Shown piece after piece: positions 8,616 to 16,842 of a stretch of DNA of 64,000 nt; within the stretch, counting starts at the first letter, position 1; every line of letters starts with the position of its first letter. Source of the DNA: an uncultured Candidatus Saccharibacteria bacterium (lineage in GTDB: Bacteria; Patescibacteriota; Minisyncoccia; Phycocordibacterales; SBAW01); the NCBI GenBank assembly GCA_964566795.1, contig CAZMIU010000001.1, positions 214,789 through 278,788 of the forward strand, read 5' to 3'. A program made the translations under genes and the position numbers. The notes under the pieces were generated by a model. That model ran no database searches. It was not told where the DNA came from and worked only from the letters and a program-made list of their open reading frames with translations.

Positions 8616-10139
8616 TTAGAGCTCGAAGTTGTACGTTGTTCCGTCAAACTCGATTGAGCTCACATAGTTTGTCGCACCTGCTGGGCCCGGCTGTCCGGTG
8701 CGGACACCCAGGAATGAACCCGGCGAGAGGAGCTTTGCTGTGGGGAACGCCGCTACGATAGAGTTCCATGAGCGGTACTGGTTTGTATCAGCATCCGGCC
8801 AACTGTTGTCGTCTGCTGTTGCAGCAGTGAGGTCAGGACCAACGGCAAACTTTGACCAAGTCCACATCGCGGTTCCTTGGGCATCAACTGTGGTCCATGT
8901 TGCCGGAGGGAGTGCGGAATTGCCGCCCGAGCCCGGTTGCATGGTCAGACGACCCTCATACGCCGGTCCCGGTAACGGGAAGTCAACGTTGAACTGGATA
9001 AACGGCGTATCGCCATCTGCAGTCGCGTCATATACACGGAACTTGAGCGAGCTGATGGTGTTGAGCAGGTTGCTAAACTGCGCAGTCGCAATGTTGTAGC
9101 GGGGATTCGGATTCGTATCCAGCTTCATCTTTGCGCCCGCCTCGCTGGCGACCACTTCCATGTGGTTCTCACCGCCCTGTCCTGAGAACTGGTCAGGGGT
9201 CATGACGGTATCGTTGGTGTCGTTGTAGAAGAACCATGGGTTCGGTCCTACACCGAGGTCATTCTGATTGACCACCACAACATTATTCCCTGCCGAGCAG
9301 GTGAAGTTCGGATTGTTGCGGGACTGCTCTGCGCGGAAGCTGATGTTTGCGGTCATGGAGTCGGTCTGCGCCTGGTTGCCCATTGATCCGCCGTCACAGG
9401 TAAGTGTGCCGGGTATAGAGGTATCTATGTCGCCTGCGCACCACGCAAGGCCAACATACGTTGTTTGGTCTCCCTCAAACGGACCATTGCCCGTCGTCGA
9501 ATCGGCTAACGCGAGAGTGGTGGTTACACCAAGGATATTGGATGCGGGGCCGGAGTCAAACAACAACGGCTCACTTGCCTGCCAAATGTTGTCTCCGGCG
9601 ACCGCTCCGTTGGTGTTTGCAAGGTCTGCCCAGGCAACAAACTGGATGTTCTGAGCAAGTTCTCCGTCAAAGTCATTGTTGGAGTCCTCTGCAACATCAC
9701 CTGCGGCAAGTTCTGGCTCTACAGACGACTCGTCATCATTTGCGGTGATGTCTACGTCTGCGCACATCCACGCATCGTTGTTTATAACGTGGAGCGAGAT
9801 TGTGTTTTCGCCCTCATCACCCGGCTTGATATCGCTTAGGTTAAAGAACTGGTTTGTGGGCCCAAGGTCACCCTGCACCCAGGTACCATCACAGTCGCCA
9901 TTAAGCAGGTCAGGACGAGTTGTCACCTCTTGGACATTCGGATCATCTACCCAGTGGTTTGTTGCATCACACACGAGACCTGCATAGTGTGCCTGAGAAT
10001 CAACCTGCAAGTCTATAGACCCTGCAGTAAACGTGTTGGCAGACGAGGTCTCAACATCGCTAAAGAACGCGCCCGTTGCACTTGCAACTACTGCTCCAAT
10101 GAATACGAGCGTGCCCGCGCTCATAAGTATTCTTTTCAT
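8616..10139 (-). CDS. TasA/CalY-like secreted protein with a SipW-cognate signal peptide; first gene of the operon
   Basis: …VVASATGAFFSDVETSSANTFTAGSIDLQV. The following FNLSDIKPGDEGENTISLHV…AWMCADVD motifs are shared with the other two paralogs. Large C-terminal domain. Confidence 0.8.
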   Translation of the reverse strand: MKRILMSAGTLVFIGAVVASATGAFFSDVETSSANTFTAGSIDLQVDSQAHYAGLVCDATNHWVDDPNVQEVTTRPDLLNGDCDGTWVQGDLGPTNQFFNLSDIKPGDEGENTISLHVINNDAWMCADVDITANDDESSVEPELAAGDVAEDSNNDFDGELAQNIQFVAWADLANTNGAVAGDNIWQASEPLLFDSGPASNILGVTTTLALADSTTGNGPFEGDQTTYVGLAWCAGDIDTSIPGTLTCDGGSMGNQAQTDSMTANISFRAEQSRNNPNFTCSAGNNVVVVNQNDLGVGPNPWFFYNDTNDTVMTPDQFSGQGGENHMEVVASEAGAKMKLDTNPNPRYNIATAQFSNLLNTISSLKFRVYDATADGDTPFIQFNVDFPLPGPAYEGRLTMQPGSGGNSALPPATWTTVDAQGTAMWTWSKFAVGPDLTAATADDNSWPDADTNQYRSWNSIVAAFPTAKLLSPGSFLGVRTGQPGPAGATNYVSSIEFDGTTYNFEL

Positions 10140-10446
10140 ATATTTTTATTTGTATATATCTAGTAAACCCATCGCGATCGACCATTGCTACACTCAAAAA
10201 GAGCTGCCTTTGTGTACTACTTGGTAATACAGAAAAGCAGCCCTATACGAAGCGCACGCACGCGATGCTTGTAACCTCTGCACCATGATTATTTCCCGCT
10301 CATTCCCGCAAGCAGTGCCGCAATAGTAGCGCAGCAAAAGATGTGTCAACTCCGCGCACATTCGTTTTTGGGGAAAACTCGGTGGAGAACCTGTACGTAA
10401 CACCTGCGCGAACTGTGCATAACATATTCGGGAATATTTTTTACAA

Positions 10447-10483
10447 ATGAAAAGAGCGGTTGCACGCTGTGCGGCCGCTCTTT
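10447..10483 (-). terminator. Rho-independent terminator downstream of the 10500..10919 gene
   Basis: aaaagagcggttgcacgctgtgcggccgctctttt hairpin followed by a T-rich run on the minus strand. Confidence 0.5.
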
Positions 10484-10499
10484 TGTCTATAAGCCTCTG

Positions 10500-10919
10500 C
10501 TAGCGCGAGCGCGTTATGCAGCCGCGGCTGTCACACTGGGGAGCCGGCGTAGGCTCTGGTGCAGGCGGGTTTACCTGGCCCTGCTGTCCCCCGATAATTA
10601 CCGTGTTGCTGTTGTCGCGGGGAGGGTTGATGTTTGTCACCGTCACCGTGCTGCTTTGGTCGCCGGTTATCACATTGGAGCCGGTATTGCCCCCTGTGTT
10701 GTTGGAAGCTGTGGCGTTGCTGGTAATGTTGCCATTGCCACCCGCGTGATGAGGAGGATTCTGCGGCACAGTTGGGAATATGTTTGGCAGCGTCGGGAGA
10801 GCCGGTGCCGGAGCAGGTGCGTCTGCATCGCGCGAGCGGTCAGAGCGGTTGTCTGCCGCCAGTGCGGGAGTTGCGAGTAAAAGAGAACCGACAAGCACCA
10901 ATGCAGCAGTTGTACGCAT
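10500..10919 (-). CDS. Small secreted Pro-rich protein
   Basis: Signal peptide MRTTAALVLVGSLLLATPALA. PAPAPALPTLP segment. GSNVITGDQSSTVTVTNIN weakly resembles the GDAY…NTNI repeat family. C-terminal Cys pair. Confidence 0.5.
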   Translation of the reverse strand: MRTTAALVLVGSLLLATPALAADNRSDRSRDADAPAPAPALPTLPNIFPTVPQNPPHHAGGNGNITSNATASNNTGGNTGSNVITGDQSSTVTVTNINPPRDNSNTVIIGGQQGQVNPPAPEPTPAPQCDSRGCITRSR

Positions 10920-11008
10920 ACAGATGAGGTGTTAGGAGTAAGGAAAACTTAATAAGCTCCACAAAGAGCGTTGCCAGTTTCCCCGCCGCGGTTGCCCGCA
11001 GCTATGCC

Positions 11009-11272
11009 TTATAGTCTACACCCGCTCTGAAGGTGCAATGAGCCCGAGCGGCGATAATTGATGATAAGACGGCACAAATAGCTTGTGGTCAAGAACACCG
11101 AGAGGGATGTGAGCGCCAAAAAGAGTCCTGCTATCCACATGTTGCCCGATGCGGCAAGCAGGTATCCCGCGTAAAGACCCAGTGGCGTCACTGAGCCAAG
11201 CCCTGTTGAGTTGAATGACAGCATGTCAGTTGGTCCGAGTGCCCCAGCGGCCAGAGTATCCGAGTTTAGCAA
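11009..11272 (-). pseudogene. Out-of-frame TM-rich ORF overlapping the GT2 3' end; possible frameshifted C-terminal membrane anchor of the GT2 gene
   Basis: The ORF encodes TGLGSVTPLGLYAGYLLAASGNMWIAGLFLALTSLSVFLTTSYL (two TM helices). It sits directly 3' of the GT2 ORF in another frame, overlapping by ~45 nt. Confidence 0.3.
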
Positions 11273-12443
11273 ACAGTATGGTGCCCCACGCTGCGATGCG
11301 CGCCAGGACTCCGCCCTGCCGCATTAGTGTGCGCGACAAGACAGAAAATCCGATGAACGCGTACGAGCCCAGGAGCACTAGTGTCATGATACTGCTAAAA
11401 ATTAACTCGGGCACAAGACTTATCCTCAGGGCCCAGTCCCACCTGTCTTTTTCCGGGTACCAGCGCATGAGCCACAACTGGAGCACATACCACGACACAA
11501 ACTGCAGTATGGAGAGCGTAATAAGGACCCTAAGCACCACAGACGGCACGCCCCCGCCGTCTACAATGAGGAGCGTTATAAGGAGCGCCAGCGTGGCGAT
11601 AAACACCACGTGGCCCAAGACATCCTGGAGCACGGCTGTCTTGTCGCGGGCGCCAAGCACCACCTGCACCCCGCCCAGGCTCCACCTGGTACGCTGCCGC
11701 CAAAACTGCCCCAGAGTCTCGGGGACCTCTGTCCAGGCGGGTGCATCCAGCGCCGCGCGCACGCTCCAGCCCAGGGACTTTAGCCGGGTGGTCATCTCGT
11801 AGTCCTCAATAAGGTGGCTCTCGGCAAAGGGGCCTGCCTGCCTAAGCGCCCGGGCGCGCAGCGCCGTAAGCATCCCGTGCATTACCAGAGGCCCGCGCAA
11901 AAAGCCCTGGTCGCCCAGGCGTATGGCATTAAAGCCCACATACTCCAGGCCCTGCAGGCGCGTAAGCAGGTTTTTGTTCTTATTGAGCACGCCGCAGCGC
12001 GAGCACACCGCCCCCAGCGTAGGGTCGCTAAAGAGCGCCTCTGTCATGCGCTTTACGGTCGTGGGCCCCACCACCACGTCGTCATCAAGCGTAATGATGG
12101 CGGCGGGCTTGTAGGGGCCTTTGCGCTCAAACAGGTACGCAAGCGCCAGGTTAAGCGCCCCGGCCTTGAGCCTGTTGTGCGGCGTGCGCAACACCACAAC
12201 GCGCGGGCCCATAGCCTTAAGGCGCGCCAGCACCTCCATAGCGGGCGCGTAATCCTCTGGCGTGGAGTCGTCTACCACCAGCACCTCAAGCTTGGGGTTG
12301 TACCGTACAAGGTCCTCTACCAAACAAAGCGCCGTCGCCCCCGGTTTGTAGGTAGGGACGACGGCGCTTACGTTGGGCTCAAAAACCTTGTGCGTACTAA
12401 GAGAGCGTGTTGGGACTAGAAAGTTTTTGAGCGATACCCTCAT
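11226..12443 (-). CDS. Family 2 glycosyltransferase (membrane-associated processive GT2-like)
   Basis: VVPTYKP, VVDDSTPED, TLDDD (the DxD), and QRTRWSLGG (the QxxRW motif). Hydrophobic C-terminal helices. Confidence 0.8.
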   Translation of the reverse strand: MRVSLKNFLVPTRSLSTHKVFEPNVSAVVPTYKPGATALCLVEDLVRYNPKLEVLVVDDSTPEDYAPAMEVLARLKAMGPRVVVLRTPHNRLKAGALNLALAYLFERKGPYKPAAIITLDDDVVVGPTTVKRMTEALFSDPTLGAVCSRCGVLNKNKNLLTRLQGLEYVGFNAIRLGDQGFLRGPLVMHGMLTALRARALRQAGPFAESHLIEDYEMTTRLKSLGWSVRAALDAPAWTEVPETLGQFWRQRTRWSLGGVQVVLGARDKTAVLQDVLGHVVFIATLALLITLLIVDGGGVPSVVLRVLITLSILQFVSWYVLQLWLMRWYPEKDRWDWALRISLVPELIFSSIMTLVLLGSYAFIGFSVLSRTLMRQGGVLARIAAWGTILFAKLGYSGRWGTRTN

Positions 12444-13915
12444 TACCGGCCAAAGAGCCAGTTGATAAAGCGGGTAAGCCAGCCCTCGCCTGCCCCGGTC
12501 GAGGTGGCGTTAGCCGCAGTAGCCGTCTGTACCTTGGGGTCTATAACGCTACTATTCTCGTCTACCTTAACGTTGGGAGCGACCACGCTGCCCACAGCGG
12601 GCGCTGCTCCTGCCGCAGCAGGTGCCACTGCGCCAGCGCCTGTGGTGCCCATGCTCGTTATACCCTGCGCGCGCAGCTGGGGCTGCACCTGGCGCACATA
12701 GGCTATCTCCTCAATCTGGCTTGCCGAGAGCGGGAAGTCTTTCTGGAACTTGCAGTAGATAGTGTTTATCGTCTTTTGCGTTGTGTAGTACACGTAGCCG
12801 GTAGCGCCCCTGGCCCCCCACGGGGTGAGGATGTCTGCGGCGTACTTGTTCTGGAAGGCGTTAACCGCAGCAAGCGTTGCCGGGCCGTAGGTGCCTGTAA
12901 CCGGCAGGGTGTTGCCCTCAAAGGTGTTAAGGAACACCTGGAGCTTGGCCACCTCGCCTGCGTCGTTCTGCGCGCCATACTTGATATAGCCGGTGAGGTA
13001 CATGGGGCACTCATCCTGAGCACCCAACACCTCGCCCTGGCTGCCGCTGGAGCGCGAGCCGCCACTGCGGCGGTGCGAGCTGCCGCCCGATGAGTCGCCA
13101 TCGTCGTCATTGCTGCCGCCACCGCCGCCCTGACCCTCGTCGGTCTCATTGTCGTCCTGTGCGTCTGAGCAGCCCAGGTCTGCCGGGAAGTCGACTAGCC
13201 CGTCGCCGTCGTTGTCCTGGCTGTCGGAGCACTGCGCAGAGCCACCGCCGCCTGTAGAGTCGGTTTCGTCGGTGTCGTTGGCATCGGTGCAGCCCGGATC
13301 TGCCGGGAAGTCTGTCTTACCGTCGCCATCATTGTCCTGGCCGTCTGAGCAGGCAGGGTTGTTGCCGCCGCCCTGGTCAGTCTCGTCGGTGTCAGAGGGG
13401 CTCGAGCACCCCGGATCTGCCATGTCGACTTTGCCGTCGCCGTCGTTGTCCTGGCCGTCTGCACACTGTGCCGGCAGGGTAGGATCGTCGCCTTCGTTGT
13501 CATCGGTCGGCGTAGAACAGCCTGGGTCTGCGTCGGCATCACCCGGTACACCCCAATCTACTTTGCCGTCATTATCGTTATCGATGCCATCGTTGCACTG
13601 TGGAGGTACGGTGCAGGGCAGGTCGGACTGGCTTTGATTGCCCGGCAAATCCGGACACCAGTCTATTACCTGGCCGCCATCATCCTCGCAGTCCTCCTCA
13701 AACATCGGAAAGATCCCCGTGGTGCCATCACCCTCATCTCCCACCTGGTCAACCAAGCAGAGGATCTCTGTGGCAAGTGTTGCGTGCACGAGACGCTGGT
13801 TTCCCCAAACAAACGCGGTGAGCGCAAGCGCCACCGCCATCATGAAGGCGATAGACGTGCGCAATTCCCGAGTCAACGTCATAAGTAATATGATTACGCT
13901 ATTAAATAAAAGCAC
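12443..13915 (-). CDS. Secreted protein with 4-5 Cys-flanked Asp-rich calcium-binding repeats (CxDGQDNDGDGKxD…DPGC), a Gly/Ser linker and a C-terminal peptidoglycan-binding-like domain
   Basis: Repeats CADGQDNDGDGKVDMADPGC, CSDGQDNDGDGKTDFPADPGC, CSDSQDNDGDGLVDFPADLGC. C-terminal LQVFLNTFEGNTLPVTGTYGPATLAAVNAFQNKYAADILTPWG is paralogous to the C-terminus of the 928-aa protein. Confidence 0.75.
   Translation of the reverse strand: MLLFNSVIILLMTLTRELRTSIAFMMAVALALTAFVWGNQRLVHATLATEILCLVDQVGDEGDGTTGIFPMFEEDCEDDGGQVIDWCPDLPGNQSQSDLPCTVPPQCNDGIDNDNDGKVDWGVPGDADADPGCSTPTDDNEGDDPTLPAQCADGQDNDGDGKVDMADPGCSSPSDTDETDQGGGNNPACSDGQDNDGDGKTDFPADPGCTDANDTDETDSTGGGGSAQCSDSQDNDGDGLVDFPADLGCSDAQDDNETDEGQGGGGGSNDDDGDSSGGSSHRRSGGSRSSGSQGEVLGAQDECPMYLTGYIKYGAQNDAGEVAKLQVFLNTFEGNTLPVTGTYGPATLAAVNAFQNKYAADILTPWGARGATGYVYYTTQKTINTIYCKFQKDFPLSASQIEEIAYVRQVQPQLRAQGITSMGTTGAGAVAPAAAGAAPAVGSVVAPNVKVDENSSVIDPKVQTATAANATSTGAGEGWLTRFINWLFGR
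13150..13560. repeat. Tandem ~96-bp coding repeats (four copies) that encode the DNDGDGK calcium-binding modules
   Basis: Recurrent DNA blocks …ctgccgggaagtc..ccgtcgccgtcgttgtcctggc.gtc.gagca… are visible directly. Confidence 0.6.
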
Positions 13916-14022
13916 CTGTAAATTAACACCTCAAGCATATACACCACCCCCACGTTGTCAAACTTGCCTGAATATTGGATGTATTGCACAGGCACAACTA
14001 AAAATAGCCGTATACTATACCC

Positions 14023-14823
14023 ATGCGCACACAGCACTCGCCCCTGCCCTACGTTGGCACTGCGGCACTGGTGGCCTGTCTTTTATGTCCTTTAGCCGCC
14101 GGGGCGGCGCAGTTTGCCCCCAGCGCGCTCTTTTTGTCTAAAAACGCCGTGGTTGAGGGCGATACGGTGCTTATACACGCCGTGGTCCAAAACGACGCTG
14201 CGGGCAAGTTCCCAGGCAATGTGGTGTTTAGAGACGGCGACACGCAGGTGGGCTCGGTGCCGGTAACCCTGCTTGCAAGCGAGGTGCGCGCCGTGTCGGT
14301 ATCCTGGACCCCGGCCTCCCCCGGCAGCCACAAGGTGGTCGCGGCACTGCTAGACCAGGGCGGCACCGCGGTGCAGAGCGAGGAGCAGACCTTTACTATT
14401 GCGGCCAAGCCCAAACCCAAGCCGGCTGTGGCCACCTCCTCTAATGCCGCCGCAGCGATAGAGTCCTCTAAAGACATCCAGGACAAGATTGGTGGGCTCT
14501 CCCCCGCCGCCGGCGGCGCTCTGGCCCCTGTGTTTAAGCTCGTAGATGGAGCGCGCTCGTCTGTGGCAAGCGTGTTGGACGACCAACTGGCCAAGACCAA
14601 GCCCAAACTGGCCCCCATACCGGGCGTGGTTGCCGGCACCAGCAGCTCCATACAAGCCCCCGAGCAGGGCTCATGGTTTGGCTCGATATTTACTACCGTC
14701 TACTACTATGTGTTGACCGTACTGCGCTGGCTTGTGGGCTCGGCGGCGGTGTTCTACCCGGTACTTGCCTTTGCCTTTCTCTACATCCTGTACAGGATGT
14801 TTAGACGCTTTAGGAGGGATTAG
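14023..14823 (+). CDS. Membrane-anchored extracellular protein with a CARDB/Ig-like domain
   Basis: Signal peptide. VEGDTVLIHAVVQNDAAGKFPGNVVFRDGDTQVGSVPVTLLASEVRAVSVSWTPASPGSHKV has a CARDB-like beta-sandwich pattern. C-terminal TM (VLTVLRWLVGSAAVFYPVLAFAFLYILY) and basic tail. Confidence 0.55.
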   Translation: MRTQHSPLPYVGTAALVACLLCPLAAGAAQFAPSALFLSKNAVVEGDTVLIHAVVQNDAAGKFPGNVVFRDGDTQVGSVPVTLLASEVRAVSVSWTPASPGSHKVVAALLDQGGTAVQSEEQTFTIAAKPKPKPAVATSSNAAAAIESSKDIQDKIGGLSPAAGGALAPVFKLVDGARSSVASVLDDQLAKTKPKLAPIPGVVAGTSSSIQAPEQGSWFGSIFTTVYYYVLTVLRWLVGSAAVFYPVLAFAFLYILYRMFRRFRRD

Positions 14824-14933
14824 TGCGGAGCAAAAACAAAATTGTTCGGAATGTTTCGTAGACCCGACGGGGTCGAGGTTAGGAAATTTTCAGCAGAAAA
14901 TTTCTGCGTTCCGGCAACTTTGGTTTTGTGAAG

Positions 14934-15359
14934 CTACGTACTGCGCCAGTGCCAAACTGAGGTTATAAACAGCAACAACGTCGTGGCGGCAGACATCGCA
15001 CAGTACTCGCATATGGCGCCTATGACCGAGAGCTGGATATAGAATATCGCCCACGATGAATACAGCACTCCTATGCCGGTATACACAAGCGCCCCCCACC
15101 TCAACCCGCGTGACTGCGGATCGATAATTAAGAGGAGTGAGAGGCACAGCATGTATATGTAGTACACAAGCCCGTAGTAGCTCCACGGCAGTCCAAACAG
15201 CTTAGATTGCGGACTTGTAAGCACTGTCTCGCAGCCGCCAATGGCACAGCTGGGTATCAGATTGTTGTATTGGTAGTAGGAAAGAAAGGCGGTAATCCCC
15301 AAGCCCACCATAGCCAGGGCCAAGAGTACAAAGGGAGCGAGTGCGGGTTTAGTGGGCAT
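14934..15359 (-). CDS. Vitamin K epoxide reductase (VKOR)/DsbB-like membrane thiol oxidoreductase
   Basis: Polytopic membrane protein with CAIGGC and CEYC Cys pairs in the VKOR arrangement. Confidence 0.7.
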   Translation of the reverse strand: MPTKPALAPFVLLALAMVGLGITAFLSYYQYNNLIPSCAIGGCETVLTSPQSKLFGLPWSYYGLVYYIYMLCLSLLLIIDPQSRGLRWGALVYTGIGVLYSSWAIFYIQLSVIGAICEYCAMSAATTLLLFITSVWHWRST

Positions 15360-15360
15360 G

Positions 15361-15897
15361 TTAGTTAAATTCTACTGTTTTAATAAGCGCGTCAAAGTCG
15401 CGTACATTCTGGTCCGTTGGCGTTAACCACCCGACGGTAAAAAGGTACACTTTGTCGTTTTTTGCCACAAGTACCGCCTTTGTTTCATACAGGCCCGAAA
15501 AGCCATATGCGTTTGCCGGCTCGCCGCCCACCACAATACGCTTGGCGCCGCCTGGTTTAGATAGATGCCAATTTGCCCGGATGTCCGTGGTCATCCAGGT
15601 ATCAAGGTCGAGATTGTGCGTGTTTTGGAATACCTGCACGGCAATAGTAGGCGGGCCCTCCCCACCCATAGGCGGTATGTACCCCCTAGGCAGCAAAACC
15701 AGCGCGTCGCCATCGCCCGCCGCACCCGGCCGAGACGACAGCTCGTAGGTGTCGGGGTATTGGAAGGTGTACCCATCCTCCGAGGCATACTGGAGTGTGT
15801 GCTCCTGCGGCGCCACCGCGGGGCGCGGAATGAGGAGATATACACTGGTGGCCACAACAGCCACAACAAGAGCCCATATAAGCGCCTGCCTATCCAT
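15361..15897 (-). CDS. Hypothetical secreted protein
   Basis: N-terminal signal/TM MDRQALIWALVVAVVATSVYLL. No recognisable motif. Confidence 0.45.
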   Translation of the reverse strand: MDRQALIWALVVAVVATSVYLLIPRPAVAPQEHTLQYASEDGYTFQYPDTYELSSRPGAAGDGDALVLLPRGYIPPMGGEGPPTIAVQVFQNTHNLDLDTWMTTDIRANWHLSKPGGAKRIVVGGEPANAYGFSGLYETKAVLVAKNDKVYLFTVGWLTPTDQNVRDFDALIKTVEFN

Positions 15898-15899
15898 AT

Positions 15900-16265
15900 C
15901 TAGAGTGTACCATCTGGGCGCGTATCCTCGCGGCCGCGCACCTGCTCCTCATCAAAGCCAAACGCGTGCGCCACCTCGTGCCAGATAGTCTCTCTAACTA
16001 CTTTGTCTATCGGTTCCCCTGTTTCTTGAGCGTGTTCCTCTATCGTCTTCTGATACAAAGTAATGGTGTCGGGCAGGGTCATGCCCTCGCCATAGTGCGC
16101 GCCGCGCGCGGTGTGCGGTATGCCGTGGTAGAGCCCCAGCAGGTCGCGGTCTGGGGCCTCGTCATCTACCAGAAACGCCACATTGTGGAGCAGATGATGG
16201 AACTTTGCCGGCACCGCCCGCGGGAACTCCTCCTCTATAATCTTTTCAAATTCCTCTCTGCTCAT
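15900..16265 (-). CDS. Minimal zinc metallopeptidase-like protein (DUF1025/COG3824-like, HExxH)
   Basis: HEVAHAFG is the zinc-binding motif. FLVDDEAP…LLGLYHG is conserved in the family. Confidence 0.6.
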   Translation of the reverse strand: MSREEFEKIIEEEFPRAVPAKFHHLLHNVAFLVDDEAPDRDLLGLYHGIPHTARGAHYGEGMTLPDTITLYQKTIEEHAQETGEPIDKVVRETIWHEVAHAFGFDEEQVRGREDTRPDGTL

Positions 16266-16284
16266 ATGTCTGATACGTCAAACG

Positions 16285-16833
16285 TCATTTAAGCAGGGTT
16301 TTGTAGGTTTTTTGGACCTTCTCTATTTTGGGGGCAATCACGAGCTGACAGTAGCCCGCGTCTTTGTGGGTCTCGTAGTACTTCTGGTGGTAGTCCTCTG
16401 CTTTATAGAAGTTGCTTAACGGTTCGACAGTGGTGACCACTTTTTTAACCCCGGTGTACACCAGGTTGTTGAGGTTGTTTATATAGTGCTCGGTCATCTC
16501 CTTTTGGCGCGGTGTCGTGTAGTACACCACCGAGCGGTACTGCGGCCCCAAGTCGGCCCCCTGCCCGTTTGCCTGTGTCGGGTCGTGACTGCCAAAGTAC
16601 ACCTGCAACAGTTCCGGGAACGAGATGAGGTCGGGGTTGTAGACAATTTTGGCACTCTCTACATAGGGTGTAGTGCCTGTCGAGACTTCCTCATAACTTG
16701 GCCCTTTGGGAGTTTTGTACGCGGGGCCGGCGTAGCCGGGTTCCACACTCTCTACACCCTTAATCATAAGGAACACCGCCTCGGTGCACCAAAAGCACCC
16801 GCTACCAAACACTATTTGTTCGTGCTCATCCAT
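16285..16833 (-). CDS. msrA: Peptide methionine sulfoxide reductase A
   Basis: GSGCFWCTE active-site motif. Typical length of 182 aa. Confidence 0.85.
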   Translation of the reverse strand: MDEHEQIVFGSGCFWCTEAVFLMIKGVESVEPGYAGPAYKTPKGPSYEEVSTGTTPYVESAKIVYNPDLISFPELLQVYFGSHDPTQANGQGADLGPQYRSVVYYTTPRQKEMTEHYINNLNNLVYTGVKKVVTTVEPLSNFYKAEDYHQKYYETHKDAGYCQLVIAPKIEKVQKTYKTLLK

Positions 16834-16842
16834 ATACTTATT

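Noticed and set aside
14824-14933. Possible third copy of the cccgac…gtcggg repeat and a gaaaatttc near-palindrome in the 14.8-kb spacer.
   Set aside because: The match is limited to a 4-bp stem (cgac/gtcg), and the palindrome is imperfect. The evidence is too weak to call.
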